Part shown: positions 9,896 to 18,244 of the stretch, in pieces
How positions within the stretch are numbered: the stretch's first letter is position 1
Layout: the number at the start of each line of letters is the position of its first letter
IMG/VR virus record: IMGVR_UViG_3300046355_000105
Coordinates: 1 to 58,083 of that record
Length of the DNA stretch: 58,083 bases
From: a virus
Taxonomy: Duplodnaviria > Caudoviricetes
Strand: one strand, 5' to 3'
Position numbers and translations under genes: made by a program
Notes under the pieces: model-generated
Database searches by the model: none
Told to the model about the DNA's origin: nothing
What the model saw: only the letters and a program-made list of their open reading frames with translations

Positions 9896-10599
9896 TGGCC
9901 ATCAGCGTATCGCTTGTTGTCGCGAAAGGCACGACGACCTACGAACTGCCCGTTGCGGCGGTGGGGTATGTGCTTCTGACAACAACCACGGTGCTTGACA
10001 CCACGGGGCGATACAAGCTGGTCCAAGACGCCTACGCTGTTGCTGACGACGCGGTTATCGCGTTTGGGAAAGTTCTAGCAAGCCAAGCAACTGTCGGTGA
10101 TAACGACCCATCGTTTGCCATAGGCAAAGTGCTTTCTGAGGCTTCCGTGGTGGATGATAGTTTTGCTCGCACCATCGCCTTTGTGCGCAGCTTCGCGGAC
10201 ACCTACGGCGTTACGGATTCCTCAGTCATTGCGTATATCAAGGGGCTGTACGACACGTTTACCGCCACTGACGCGATCACCACCATCACGTTTGCCAAAT
10301 TCTTGGCTGACGGTGTGGCCATGAACGACGCGTTTGATGCTACGGACGGCGCGGAGTGGGCATTTACCAAGGGTGTCAGCAACATTGTTTTCACCGGCGA
10401 TTCGTTCTCCCGAGCGGTGGACTACAACCGAGGTTTCTCGGACGCAACGACCAGCACCGACGACACAAAATTTTTCGACTTCGTCAAGAGTTTGGCGGAT
10501 AATACGGCCACAAGTGATACTGGCAGCTTGCGCTCCCAAGGGTATTGCGATTTCTCATACTTCGCCGAAGACTACGTAGGCGATTCTCGAACCTTCTAA
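9895..10599 (+). CDS. putative fibre/virion protein with Asp-periodic repeats
   Basis: Repeating K.(L/F).D...(V/T).D units; lies in the structural operon. Confidence 0.55.
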   Translation: MAISVSLVVAKGTTTYELPVAAVGYVLLTTTTVLDTTGRYKLVQDAYAVADDAVIAFGKVLASQATVGDNDPSFAIGKVLSEASVVDDSFARTIAFVRSFADTYGVTDSSVIAYIKGLYDTFTATDAITTITFAKFLADGVAMNDAFDATDGAEWAFTKGVSNIVFTGDSFSRAVDYNRGFSDATTSTDDTKFFDFVKSLADNTATSDTGSLRSQGYCDFSYFAEDYVGDSRTF

Positions 10600-10608
10600 G
10601 GAGTTAGC

Positions 10609-11058
10609 ATGATTCACGACCAAATCAAAATGCGCGGCGATGTGTCTATCCAGCTGTTTGACAGCAATGGCAACGTCAAAGACGACCGCAAGATTCACAA
10701 CATGGTTGTGACCGCCGGTAAAGAGTTCATTGCCGCAAGCATGCTCAAGACCACTACAAACTCCCCAGCTGCCATGTCTCACATGGCTATCGGCTCGGAC
10801 AACACTGCTGCGGCGCTTGCCAACACAGCTTTGGGTACTCAGCTGGGCCGCGTGTCGTTGGCTTCTGCTACCGTGTCTGGCGCTGTCGTGACTTACACAG
10901 CCACCTTCCCCGCTGGTACAGGTACTGGAGCTGTTGTTGAAGCTGGTATCTTGAACGCATCTAGCTCTGGCACCCTGTTGTGCCGCACTGTGTTTGACGT
11001 GGTCAACAAGGGCGCTGATGACACCATGAGCATCACTTGGACAATCACTGTCTCCTAA
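10609..11058 (+). CDS. virion structural protein (tail-collar/fibre adaptor-like)
   Basis: HNMVVTAGK...HMAIGS...EAGILNA...LLCRTVF..VNK...ITWTI pattern; AAGGAG RBS. Confidence 0.65.
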   Translation: MIHDQIKMRGDVSIQLFDSNGNVKDDRKIHNMVVTAGKEFIAASMLKTTTNSPAAMSHMAIGSDNTAAALANTALGTQLGRVSLASATVSGAVVTYTATFPAGTGTGAVVEAGILNASSSGTLLCRTVFDVVNKGADDTMSITWTITVS

Positions 11059-11070
11059 TAGGAGGACATC

Positions 11071-11271
11071 ATGTCAACCATCGTAAACCGCGCTACCAAG
11101 GGTACGCCGCTCACTAACACTGAGGTCGATAGCAACTTCTCGAATCTGAACGCAGACAAGATGGAGAAGAGCAACAACCTCAGCGACCTGACCGACGTAC
11201 CTACGGCGCAGACAAACTTGCAGGTAGACCCTGCGGGCACCGCCATTGCGATGGCCATCGCTCTCGGGTAA
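11071..11271 (+). CDS. short tail-fibre anchor peptide
   Basis: KGTPLTNTEVDSNFSNL fibre N-terminal motif, NNLSDLTD..AQTNL repeat, ends AIAMAIALG. Confidence 0.6.
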   Translation: MSTIVNRATKGTPLTNTEVDSNFSNLNADKMEKSNNLSDLTDVPTAQTNLQVDPAGTAIAMAIALG

Positions 11272-11280
11272 GGAAATATC

Positions 11281-11607
11281 ATGGCTTTCAAATCAAAAGT
11301 AACCGCAAACATCGGCACCTCGGGTAGCCCCACGACAGTCACCGCTACGGTTGGCTCGGGCACTACAGCGACGCTGATTGGTTTGTCCTTGGCGAACACC
11401 ACAGCAGCAAACATCACAGTGTCTGCGAAGCTGACTAAGGCGGACGCCTCGACTGGCTTTTTGGTGAAGGATGCCACGGTATTGCCCGGCGGCGCACTCG
11501 TTGTTGTAGGCGGCGACCAGAAGGTCGTTCTCGAAGCTGGTGACGCAATCACAGCCTACGCAAGCGCAGGCACCTCAGCCGACGCAATCGTTTCGTACCT
11601 CGCATAA
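11281..11607 (+). CDS. small structural/fibre adaptor protein
   Basis: 108-aa beta-rich protein (IGLSLAN...KVVLEAGD) in the fibre cluster. Confidence 0.6.
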   Translation: MAFKSKVTANIGTSGSPTTVTATVGSGTTATLIGLSLANTTAANITVSAKLTKADASTGFLVKDATVLPGGALVVVGGDQKVVLEAGDAITAYASAGTSADAIVSYLA

Positions 11608-11617
11608 GGAGTAAACC

Positions 11618-12844
11618 ATGGGAATGATCGGCAATAGCCTAGCCCAAGGTCTCATCAGCGGGGCTAACATCCAAGACGGTACGGTCGATACACCGGACAT
11701 CAAGGACAGCGCCGTCACGGCTGCAAAGATTGCTTCGGGTGTAGTTACACCTGCCAAGATGGATTTCAGCGCTGGCACAGCAAACGGCGTGTTGTACCTC
11801 AACGGCAGCAAGGTCGCATCGAGCGGTTCAGGCTTGGTGTTTGATGGTACGAACTTGGGTATTGGTATTAGTTCTCCTACATACCCGCTTGATGTTGTTG
11901 GCGCTCAGATTCGTGTCGCAAGCGCCTCATCGCTCGGCACTCGTATGACATTCACAAGTACGTCCACAAACGAACGCTCTTACCAAATCGGGTCAAATTT
12001 TTCTATCGGCTCAGGTGAGTTCGCGATTTATGATGTTGCAGCTGCATCTAATCGTTTTGTTATTGATAGCAATGGCAGCGTTGGTATCGGCACAAATTCA
12101 CCGGGGCAAAAGCTTGACATTGCGGGGAACGCGAGGGTTACTAGCAGTCTCAATCCCAACCTTATTTTGAACACGACCGCGTCTGCCAACCACAAGTCAG
12201 AAATTATTTTTACTAAGAGTGGAACTGCAAAATACGCTATTGGTGTAGACATTAACGCAACTGGGGACAACAACTTCTACGTCTACGACGCCCCAAATAA
12301 TGCAGAACGTATGCGTATCGACTCCAGCGGTAATTTGCTTGTTGGCACTCAAACTACTATTAGCGGCAATCGTAACAATTTTGTCGGTAGTAGCCCCGGG
12401 CAACTATTGTTTCGCCATACTGGGCAGTCGTCTGGTCGGCATTGGTACATGGGCGTTGAATCTGGCAATGATGTCTTTATCATTTATCCAGACCTTGCTG
12501 GTGGTGTTTATCTAACTCGTGGTGCTACCGGTTGGACAGGTAATTCTGATGAGCGTATCAAAACAGAGCTGACGCCGTTTGTTGACGCTGCTGCAAAAGT
12601 ATGCTCGCTGCGAGCTGGTACTGGTCGCTTTTTGGTGGATGATGAAAACGTCAGCCGGTCGTTTTTGATTGCGCAAGACGTTCAGGCAGTTTTACCAGAA
12701 GCAGTTGATGTCAAGGATGATGAAATTGGAACCCTTGGTTTGCGCTACACAGATGTTATTCCTCTGCTGACAGCGGCCATCCAAGAACAACAAGCGATAA
12801 TCGACTCCCTGACCACACGCATAACAGCGCTGGAGACCCCATAA
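11618..12844 (+). CDS. tail fibre with C-terminal intramolecular chaperone (peptidase S74)
   Basis: IDSNGSVGIGT / RMRIDSSGNLLVGT repeats; autocleavage site SDERIK; IAQDVQAVLPEAV and L..AIQEQQ coil. Confidence 0.85.
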   Translation: MGMIGNSLAQGLISGANIQDGTVDTPDIKDSAVTAAKIASGVVTPAKMDFSAGTANGVLYLNGSKVASSGSGLVFDGTNLGIGISSPTYPLDVVGAQIRVASASSLGTRMTFTSTSTNERSYQIGSNFSIGSGEFAIYDVAAASNRFVIDSNGSVGIGTNSPGQKLDIAGNARVTSSLNPNLILNTTASANHKSEIIFTKSGTAKYAIGVDINATGDNNFYVYDAPNNAERMRIDSSGNLLVGTQTTISGNRNNFVGSSPGQLLFRHTGQSSGRHWYMGVESGNDVFIIYPDLAGGVYLTRGATGWTGNSDERIKTELTPFVDAAAKVCSLRAGTGRFLVDDENVSRSFLIAQDVQAVLPEAVDVKDDEIGTLGLRYTDVIPLLTAAIQEQQAIIDSLTTRITALETP

Positions 12845-14206
12845 ATGGCATACCTAGGAAACTCCCCCGGCGTCGCGTCGCAGCGTGTTGAGAGCGCGTT
12901 TACGGCGACATCAAGCCAAACAGTTTTCACACCATCGAGCGGCTACACGCTCGGGTACTGCGACGTGTATCAGAACGGTGTCAAGCTCGTCAACGGCGAC
13001 GACTACACAGCAGCAGACGGCGCAACAGTCACGCTCACCACAGGCGCAGCTACAGGCGACTCCATCGTCATCGTGGCATCGTTCCCACGCGGCTTGTCCG
13101 ACGGCTACCTCAAGAGCGAAGCTGATGCGAAGTATGCTCCGATTGCTGCGCCCACATTTACTGGTGTTGCCACATTTTCCAAAGGCTCCAGCAGTGGCGT
13201 CACGATTGGTGATGTAACCACAAACAGCAACTCTGTTCTGCGTATGCAGGGCACAAGCGCGGGCAAGAACTGGCAAATCGCTAACAACTTGAACGTGGCA
13301 GGTATTGAGTTCACGCCTTCAACCGCTGACGGCGGGACAACTTACACAACCCCAACAGTGACATTTTTGTCTAGTGGTAGCGTAGGTATCGGTACAAGTT
13401 CGCCTACAGCAAAGTTGCAAGTTTACGCAACCACTGGTGAATACATACGAGCTGGAGGTAAAAGCAGTGCAGCGGTTTCGTCCGACATAACCATTAGCCG
13501 AACAAGTTCTACGACAGGCATTGTGCAGGCTCCAAACTTGTACTTTGATGATGGCACCACAAACAACACACGCGCCATTCAATGCGGGCAAGGCAACCAA
13601 CAGTTCTGGGCTTACCGTAACGGCTGGATTGAAGATATGCGTATCGACTCCAGCGGTAACTTGCTGGTGGGGACTACAAGTTCAACAGCAAAGTTAACTG
13701 TGAGTAGTGCAGCAAATGCAAACGGCGTAGCGTATTTAGCATCATCTTCAGTATCTGATTTATCAAATCCAGCTTTGATACTTTCAAAATACGATAACAA
13801 CTCAACCACAAGTCAAGTTCTTGTCCGATTCATCATTGCTAACGGAAACACTGCCCAAGGTCAAATCAATGCAAACGGTGCTGCTTCAGCCGCTTTTGGC
13901 GCATGGTCTGACCAGCGATTAAAAGAGAACATTATTGATTTACCTCCACAACTTGATAACATCATGGCACTACGCCCTGTTGAGTTTGATTACATTGAAT
14001 CAGAAGGTGGCGGTCATCAAATTGGTTTTATTGCTCAAGAGGTTCAGAACATTTACCCTGACTTGGTTGGTGAGCGTCAAGATGGTATGTTGACATTAAC
14101 AGACTTGAACAAGAACGATGCTCGTCTAATCAAAGCAATCCAAGAACAACAAGCGATAATCGAACAGCTGCAAGCTGACGTAGCAACATTGAAAGGCACA
14201 CCATGA
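12845..14206 (+). CDS. second tail fibre with C-terminal intramolecular chaperone (peptidase S74)
   Basis: MAYLGNSP start, GSVGIGTSSP repeat, SDQRLKENI site, IGFIAQEVQNIYPDLV, LIKAIQEQQ. Confidence 0.85.
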   Translation: MAYLGNSPGVASQRVESAFTATSSQTVFTPSSGYTLGYCDVYQNGVKLVNGDDYTAADGATVTLTTGAATGDSIVIVASFPRGLSDGYLKSEADAKYAPIAAPTFTGVATFSKGSSSGVTIGDVTTNSNSVLRMQGTSAGKNWQIANNLNVAGIEFTPSTADGGTTYTTPTVTFLSSGSVGIGTSSPTAKLQVYATTGEYIRAGGKSSAAVSSDITISRTSSTTGIVQAPNLYFDDGTTNNTRAIQCGQGNQQFWAYRNGWIEDMRIDSSGNLLVGTTSSTAKLTVSSAANANGVAYLASSSVSDLSNPALILSKYDNNSTTSQVLVRFIIANGNTAQGQINANGAASAAFGAWSDQRLKENIIDLPPQLDNIMALRPVEFDYIESEGGGHQIGFIAQEVQNIYPDLVGERQDGMLTLTDLNKNDARLIKAIQEQQAIIEQLQADVATLKGTP

Positions 14207-15054
14207 GCCGCGCATCAACATTAGTACGACTACCCGTCGGCCTGTCTGGCGACGCATCGGGCAACATTGGTCTTGGTATTACTTCAAACGCTTGGGCGGG
14301 CGGCAACACGGCGCTGCAAATGGCTGGCCCATCAATGTGGGGTGCTTCTGGTGTTTCTCACTGGTCTACCAACACATACTTTGACGGGTCGAACTACAAG
14401 TACATTGCCACTGGCCCTGTAATTGACTACTATCAATACAACGGTGCTCACGTCTTGCGTGCGTCTGACTCTGGCTCGTCTGGTGCTAACGTAACCACTT
14501 TTGCCAACCTGATTAGCGTGGCGAAAGGGCAAACGCTCGCGTTGCAAGGCGCGTCTTCACAATCAGGTACAGGCATCTCGTTTCCAGTGGACCAAAACGC
14601 ATCGGCTGACGCACGCACGCTGGATGATTATGAAGAGGGTACTTGGACGCCGATTATTACTGGTAGCGGCGGCAACCCTACGGTTACATACACAACGCAG
14701 CGTGGTAATTACGTTAAGGTAGGGCGATTAGTTTTTGCTTCATTCTATATTTCAATTTCATCTTTTTCTGGTGGTAGCGGACGGGGTAATGTTGGGGGTC
14801 TTCCATTTGTAGCATCTTCTGTTGGTGCTGGCGCTCCCGATGATAACGGTGGTTCAATTCAAGAGCATAATGCTATGTTGTCTTATCCCGCAGGGCGAAC
14901 ATGGGTAACTATGTATGTTGTAAATGGCGGGACAAATGCACCACTAGCTGCGAATGGTTCAGGTATTGGTGGTGCAGATATGACTATCGGTACAAATCTT
15001 GTTTCCACGTCTGGTGGTTATATTTTGGGCGCTGTCACATACACGTCTGCATAA
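14203..15054 (+). CDS. third fibre/receptor-binding-like protein
   Basis: TLDDYEEGTWTP and YVKVGRLV...GLPF motifs of fibre tip domains. Confidence 0.7.
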   Translation: MSRASTLVRLPVGLSGDASGNIGLGITSNAWAGGNTALQMAGPSMWGASGVSHWSTNTYFDGSNYKYIATGPVIDYYQYNGAHVLRASDSGSSGANVTTFANLISVAKGQTLALQGASSQSGTGISFPVDQNASADARTLDDYEEGTWTPIITGSGGNPTVTYTTQRGNYVKVGRLVFASFYISISSFSGGSGRGNVGGLPFVASSVGAGAPDDNGGSIQEHNAMLSYPAGRTWVTMYVVNGGTNAPLAANGSGIGGADMTIGTNLVSTSGGYILGAVTYTSA

Positions 15055-15063
15055 AGGAAAAAC

Positions 15064-15321
15064 ATGTCACTCTCAGAAACCAAAGTCATCGACCAAATCA
15101 CCGTCACCGAGAACGGCATCGTGTTGTACCGTGAAGCAACTCGCATCCTCAAAGACGGCGAACAAATTGCTCAGACATACCACCGCACATCGTTGACACC
15201 CGGCCAAGACCTCACAGGCCAGCCAGCAAACGTGGCGGCTATCGCTACTGTTGCTTGGACACCCGAAGTCATCGCTGCATACGAAGCACAAATCGCTGCG
15301 CAGCAAGCGTCCATGGAGTAA
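15064..15321 (+). CDS. small fibre-associated protein
   Basis: IDQITV.ENG.V..REAT.I..DG...YHR...WTPEVIAAY pattern, directly after a fibre gene. Confidence 0.6.
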   Translation: MSLSETKVIDQITVTENGIVLYREATRILKDGEQIAQTYHRTSLTPGQDLTGQPANVAAIATVAWTPEVIAAYEAQIAAQQASME

Positions 15322-15324
15322 TCA

Positions 15325-15531
15325 ATGACCGACACGATTTCAGTAACAGCAGCTCGTTTGGACACGCATGAGGCTGTGTGCGCACAGCGCTATGAGACCA
15401 TCACTGACCGTCTCGATAAGGGCGCAGAGCGCATGGACAAGATGCAGTACCTAATCTACGCTGTGCTCGCCGCAGTGTTGCTTGGCCCCGGCGCTGCCGC
15501 AGAGTTCTTCAAGAAGTTAATCGGCCTGTGA
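15325..15531 (+). CDS. small membrane protein (holin/XhlA-like)
   Basis: HEAVCAQRY coiled coil followed by a C-terminal hydrophobic helix. Confidence 0.5.
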   Translation: MTDTISVTAARLDTHEAVCAQRYETITDRLDKGAERMDKMQYLIYAVLAAVLLGPGAAAEFFKKLIGL

Positions 15532-15532
15532 T

Positions 15533-16321
15533 GTGGACCCCATCAGCCTCCTTCTCATGGCCCAAAGTGCGGTCAGCGCTATCAGCGCTGGTTGTCAAAT
15601 GCTGCGAGAAGGTAAGGCTGAAATCGGCAAGTTCAAAAAGCAAATCGAAGGCGGAGTCGCCGACGCCAAAGCCATCTACAAAGAAGTCACCAGCATCTGG
15701 GGATGGATTCAAGGTCTACTCGGAAAGGCTCCGAAACCTGTCGAACGCGCTGTCGTTCAGCCAGCCAAACCCGATGCTACCCTCACTGATGAGGGAACCA
15801 AAAAACAAAAGCGCCGGACAGAACCGGAACCCGAGCTCAGCTACGAAGAGTACCAAGCCCGCTCGGTCCACGAAATTTGCGAAAACCTGAAGGTCTACTT
15901 CGAGGCCATGAGGGCTTTGAAGGCACATTGTCAGGAACTCGAAGAGCAGTCACTGACGACCGACAAGGTTGCTGACAGCGCGATTGACCGCATTGAGATT
16001 CAGTGGCAAATGCACCAGCTCTCCGCGCAACTGAAACAGGCCATGATTTATGGCACGCCGCGTGAACTAGGGCTTGGGGCTATGTACGAGGACTTCCTCG
16101 TCAAGTATGATGAGATTGTTGAGGCGCAGGAGGTTGCTCGTGCAGTCAAGGCTAGGAACGAAAGAGATAAGTCATGGCAACGAGAGCTTCTCAAACATCA
16201 TCGAATCGACCGGGCCCTAACGGGAGTGGCGGTGCTGGTAATGGTGGCATGGATGTGGGGCATAGTGCTATCGCTCGCATGGCTCGTGAGGACACCCGCT
16301 GGTTTATCATCGCTGTTGTGA
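15533..16321 (+). CDS. coiled-coil membrane-anchored protein
   Basis: GTG start, MDPISLL N-terminus, helical body, C-terminal TM segment. Confidence 0.65.
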   Translation: MDPISLLLMAQSAVSAISAGCQMLREGKAEIGKFKKQIEGGVADAKAIYKEVTSIWGWIQGLLGKAPKPVERAVVQPAKPDATLTDEGTKKQKRRTEPEPELSYEEYQARSVHEICENLKVYFEAMRALKAHCQELEEQSLTTDKVADSAIDRIEIQWQMHQLSAQLKQAMIYGTPRELGLGAMYEDFLVKYDEIVEAQEVARAVKARNERDKSWQRELLKHHRIDRALTGVAVLVMVAWMWGIVLSLAWLVRTPAGLSSLL

Positions 16322-16503
16322 TTCTGAGTCTGGTGCTGTTCTTGGCGCTGCCCATGGCACTGCTGGTACTGGTGGACACGGAACGCATGAAATCTGAGGT
16401 TCGCCAAGAGATTCGGCAGCTGAAGAAATTGAAACAAGAGCTGAAGGAGCAAAATGCGAAAACTACTACTTCTAAGTCTGCTTCTAACCCTGATGGGTTG
16501 TGA
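16249..16503 (+). CDS. small membrane protein with coiled coil (start uncertain)
   Basis: WFIIAVVILSLVLFLALPMALLVLV TM helix, then a K/E/Q coil. Confidence 0.5.
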   Translation: MDVGHSAIARMAREDTRWFIIAVVILSLVLFLALPMALLVLVDTERMKSEVRQEIRQLKKLKQELKEQNAKTTTSKSASNPDGL

Positions 16504-16678
16504 AGACAGGTACCGATACGCATGTCAAGACCCCAAGCATTTCACTGAGAAACGCTGCCAACGCCCTGACTGCCTGTTCACACAGGACTGTCCAGATTAC
16601 CTTGTAGCCCCTGTTTTGGAGAAGCAAATTGTTCAACAAGCACAAACACCAGCACCAGCAGCCTCGTCTGACCGCTGA
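16454..16678 (+). CDS. Cys-rich lipoprotein
   Basis: Signal MRKLLLLSLLLTLMG-C lipobox; mature part has 4 more Cys; AAGGAG RBS. Confidence 0.7.
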   Translation: MRKLLLLSLLLTLMGCEDRYRYACQDPKHFTEKRCQRPDCLFTQDCPDYLVAPVLEKQIVQQAQTPAPAASSDR

Positions 16679-17147
16679 AGAATTTGAGACCCGCATCTGG
16701 GGCTTCGTCGTCATCGTTGTCACGCTGATTCTGGCTGGCATCGTGGCGTTCATGCTCTATAGCTTGGCGTTCGTGGTTCAGCCGCTCAAGTCCATGGCTC
16801 CTATGGACCAAGCCTTTGCCAAGATGCTCAATGACATCGTCCTGCTCGTCGTGGGCGGTATTGGTGGTGTGATGAGCCGCAAGGGCGTCCAAGCTGTCGC
16901 AGAGAAGATGGCAGCCTCACAGGTGACTCCACCCCCACAGCCCCAAGCCGTAGCGCCTAGCGTAGCCCCTGCGCCTGCGGCTTCCACTGGGGGCATGTTC
17001 GACTTCAACTTCGGCGGGTTCAAAAACCCTGAGCTCGACGAAGAGTGGCGTGCGCCACCTCCACCCACAACACCACCCAACTTTGTTGACCCTGCCGTCG
17101 AGGACATCGCCCATGAACGAGCAGCAGCAAAACTGGAGGCAGCATGA
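16629..17147 (+). CDS. two-TM membrane protein (holin candidate)
   Basis: Two hydrophobic helices and a Pro-rich C-terminal tail, directly upstream of Rz. Confidence 0.55.
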   Translation: MFNKHKHQHQQPRLTAEEFETRIWGFVVIVVTLILAGIVAFMLYSLAFVVQPLKSMAPMDQAFAKMLNDIVLLVVGGIGGVMSRKGVQAVAEKMAASQVTPPPQPQAVAPSVAPAPAASTGGMFDFNFGGFKNPELDEEWRAPPPPTTPPNFVDPAVEDIAHERAAAKLEAA

Positions 17148-17605
17148 TGCCAAGCCCTTGGATGATTCTGGGGGCCCTAAGTGTTTGCATAACTGCATAC
17201 TTCTACGGCCACCATGCAGGTTTTGTGGAGCGAGACCAAGAGATGCAGGCGGAGATTGCCTCCAAGAACGAGCAGATTCGCCAGACCGAACACAAGCTGA
17301 GTGAACAACTCAGCGCCACCTCAACCGAACTGAAGGACGCAAACGATGCCGTCGCTAAAAAACAGTCTGACCTTGATCGCCTTATCAATGCTGGCCGGGT
17401 GCGCCTCCCCTCCGCAGGTTGCGTACAAGCCGCTGCAGGTTCCACCGCTCCCAGCGGGAATCAACAAGCAGGAAGCGAATCTGACATCGAGACTCTCCGA
17501 CTTATTGCTCAAATCGCAGCCGACGGCGACCGCGCCATCAACCAGCTCAACGCCTGCATTACAGCCTACGAACAAGTAAGGGAGGCCGCCAATGGTCAAC
17601 GCTGA
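17144..17605 (+). CDS. Rz: i-spanin (Rz-like)
   Basis: N-terminal TM, periplasmic coiled coil, ADGDRAINQLNACITAY C-terminus. Confidence 0.8.
   Translation: MMPSPWMILGALSVCITAYFYGHHAGFVERDQEMQAEIASKNEQIRQTEHKLSEQLSATSTELKDANDAVAKKQSDLDRLINAGRVRLPSAGCVQAAAGSTAPSGNQQAGSESDIETLRLIAQIAADGDRAINQLNACITAYEQVREAANGQR
17346..17579 (+). CDS. Rz1: o-spanin (Rz1-like) lipoprotein embedded in Rz
   Basis: +1 frame entirely inside Rz; lipobox LAG-C; Pro-rich mature region; AAGGA upstream. Confidence 0.8.
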   Translation: MPSLKNSLTLIALSMLAGCASPPQVAYKPLQVPPLPAGINKQEANLTSRLSDLLLKSQPTATAPSTSSTPALQPTNK

Positions 17606-18206
17606 ACAACTGCACTCCATGCACATCGACCACAAGTGGGTCGAGCCGCTAAATGAAACCTTTGCTCGTTTCAACATCAACACACCTCGCCAGCAGGCTG
17701 CGTTCATCGCGCAGTGCGGCCATGAGTGCGGCAACTTCCGCATCTTGGAAGAGAACCTGAACTACCGTGCTGAGACTTTGATGAAGCTGTGGCCCAAGCG
17801 CTTCCCCACCATGGAGTTCGCCAAGCAGTTCGAGAAAAACCCGAAGAAAATCGCCAACAGCGTCTACGCTTCCCGCATGGGGAACCGTGATGAAGCGTCG
17901 GGTGACGGCCACCGTTTCCGTGGGCGCGGGTGCATCCAGTTGACTGGGCACAGCTCGTATTACCACGCTGGCCAAGCCCTCGGCGTTGACTTCGTGATGA
18001 ACCCTGACCTCGTGGCCACGCCCAAGTACGCTGTACTGACGGCTGGCTGGTTCTGGAGCATGCACGGCTGCAACGATTTGGCCGAAGCTGGCAACTGGGT
18101 GGGCCTCACCAAACGCATCAACGGTGGCACCATCGGCCTAGATGACCGCGTGAAGCACACAACGCTAGCCCTATCGGTGATTGACACTGGCACAGCACTG
18201 GCCTGA
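17592..18206 (+). CDS. endolysin, glycoside hydrolase family 19
   Basis: AAFIAQCGHEC, FRGRGCIQLTG, TKRINGGTIGLDDR GH19 motifs. Confidence 0.92.
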   Translation: MVNAEQLHSMHIDHKWVEPLNETFARFNINTPRQQAAFIAQCGHECGNFRILEENLNYRAETLMKLWPKRFPTMEFAKQFEKNPKKIANSVYASRMGNRDEASGDGHRFRGRGCIQLTGHSSYYHAGQALGVDFVMNPDLVATPKYAVLTAGWFWSMHGCNDLAEAGNWVGLTKRINGGTIGLDDRVKHTTLALSVIDTGTALA

Positions 18207-18244
18207 AGCTCTACAATTAAGCCAGTAGCTTAAAGGAAGCCCGT

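Noticed and set aside
11618-15054. Diversity-generating retroelement or invertible shufflon at the fibre genes
   Set aside because: No reverse transcriptase or invertase; the repeats are short, direct and exact, not an adenine-variable TR/VR pair.
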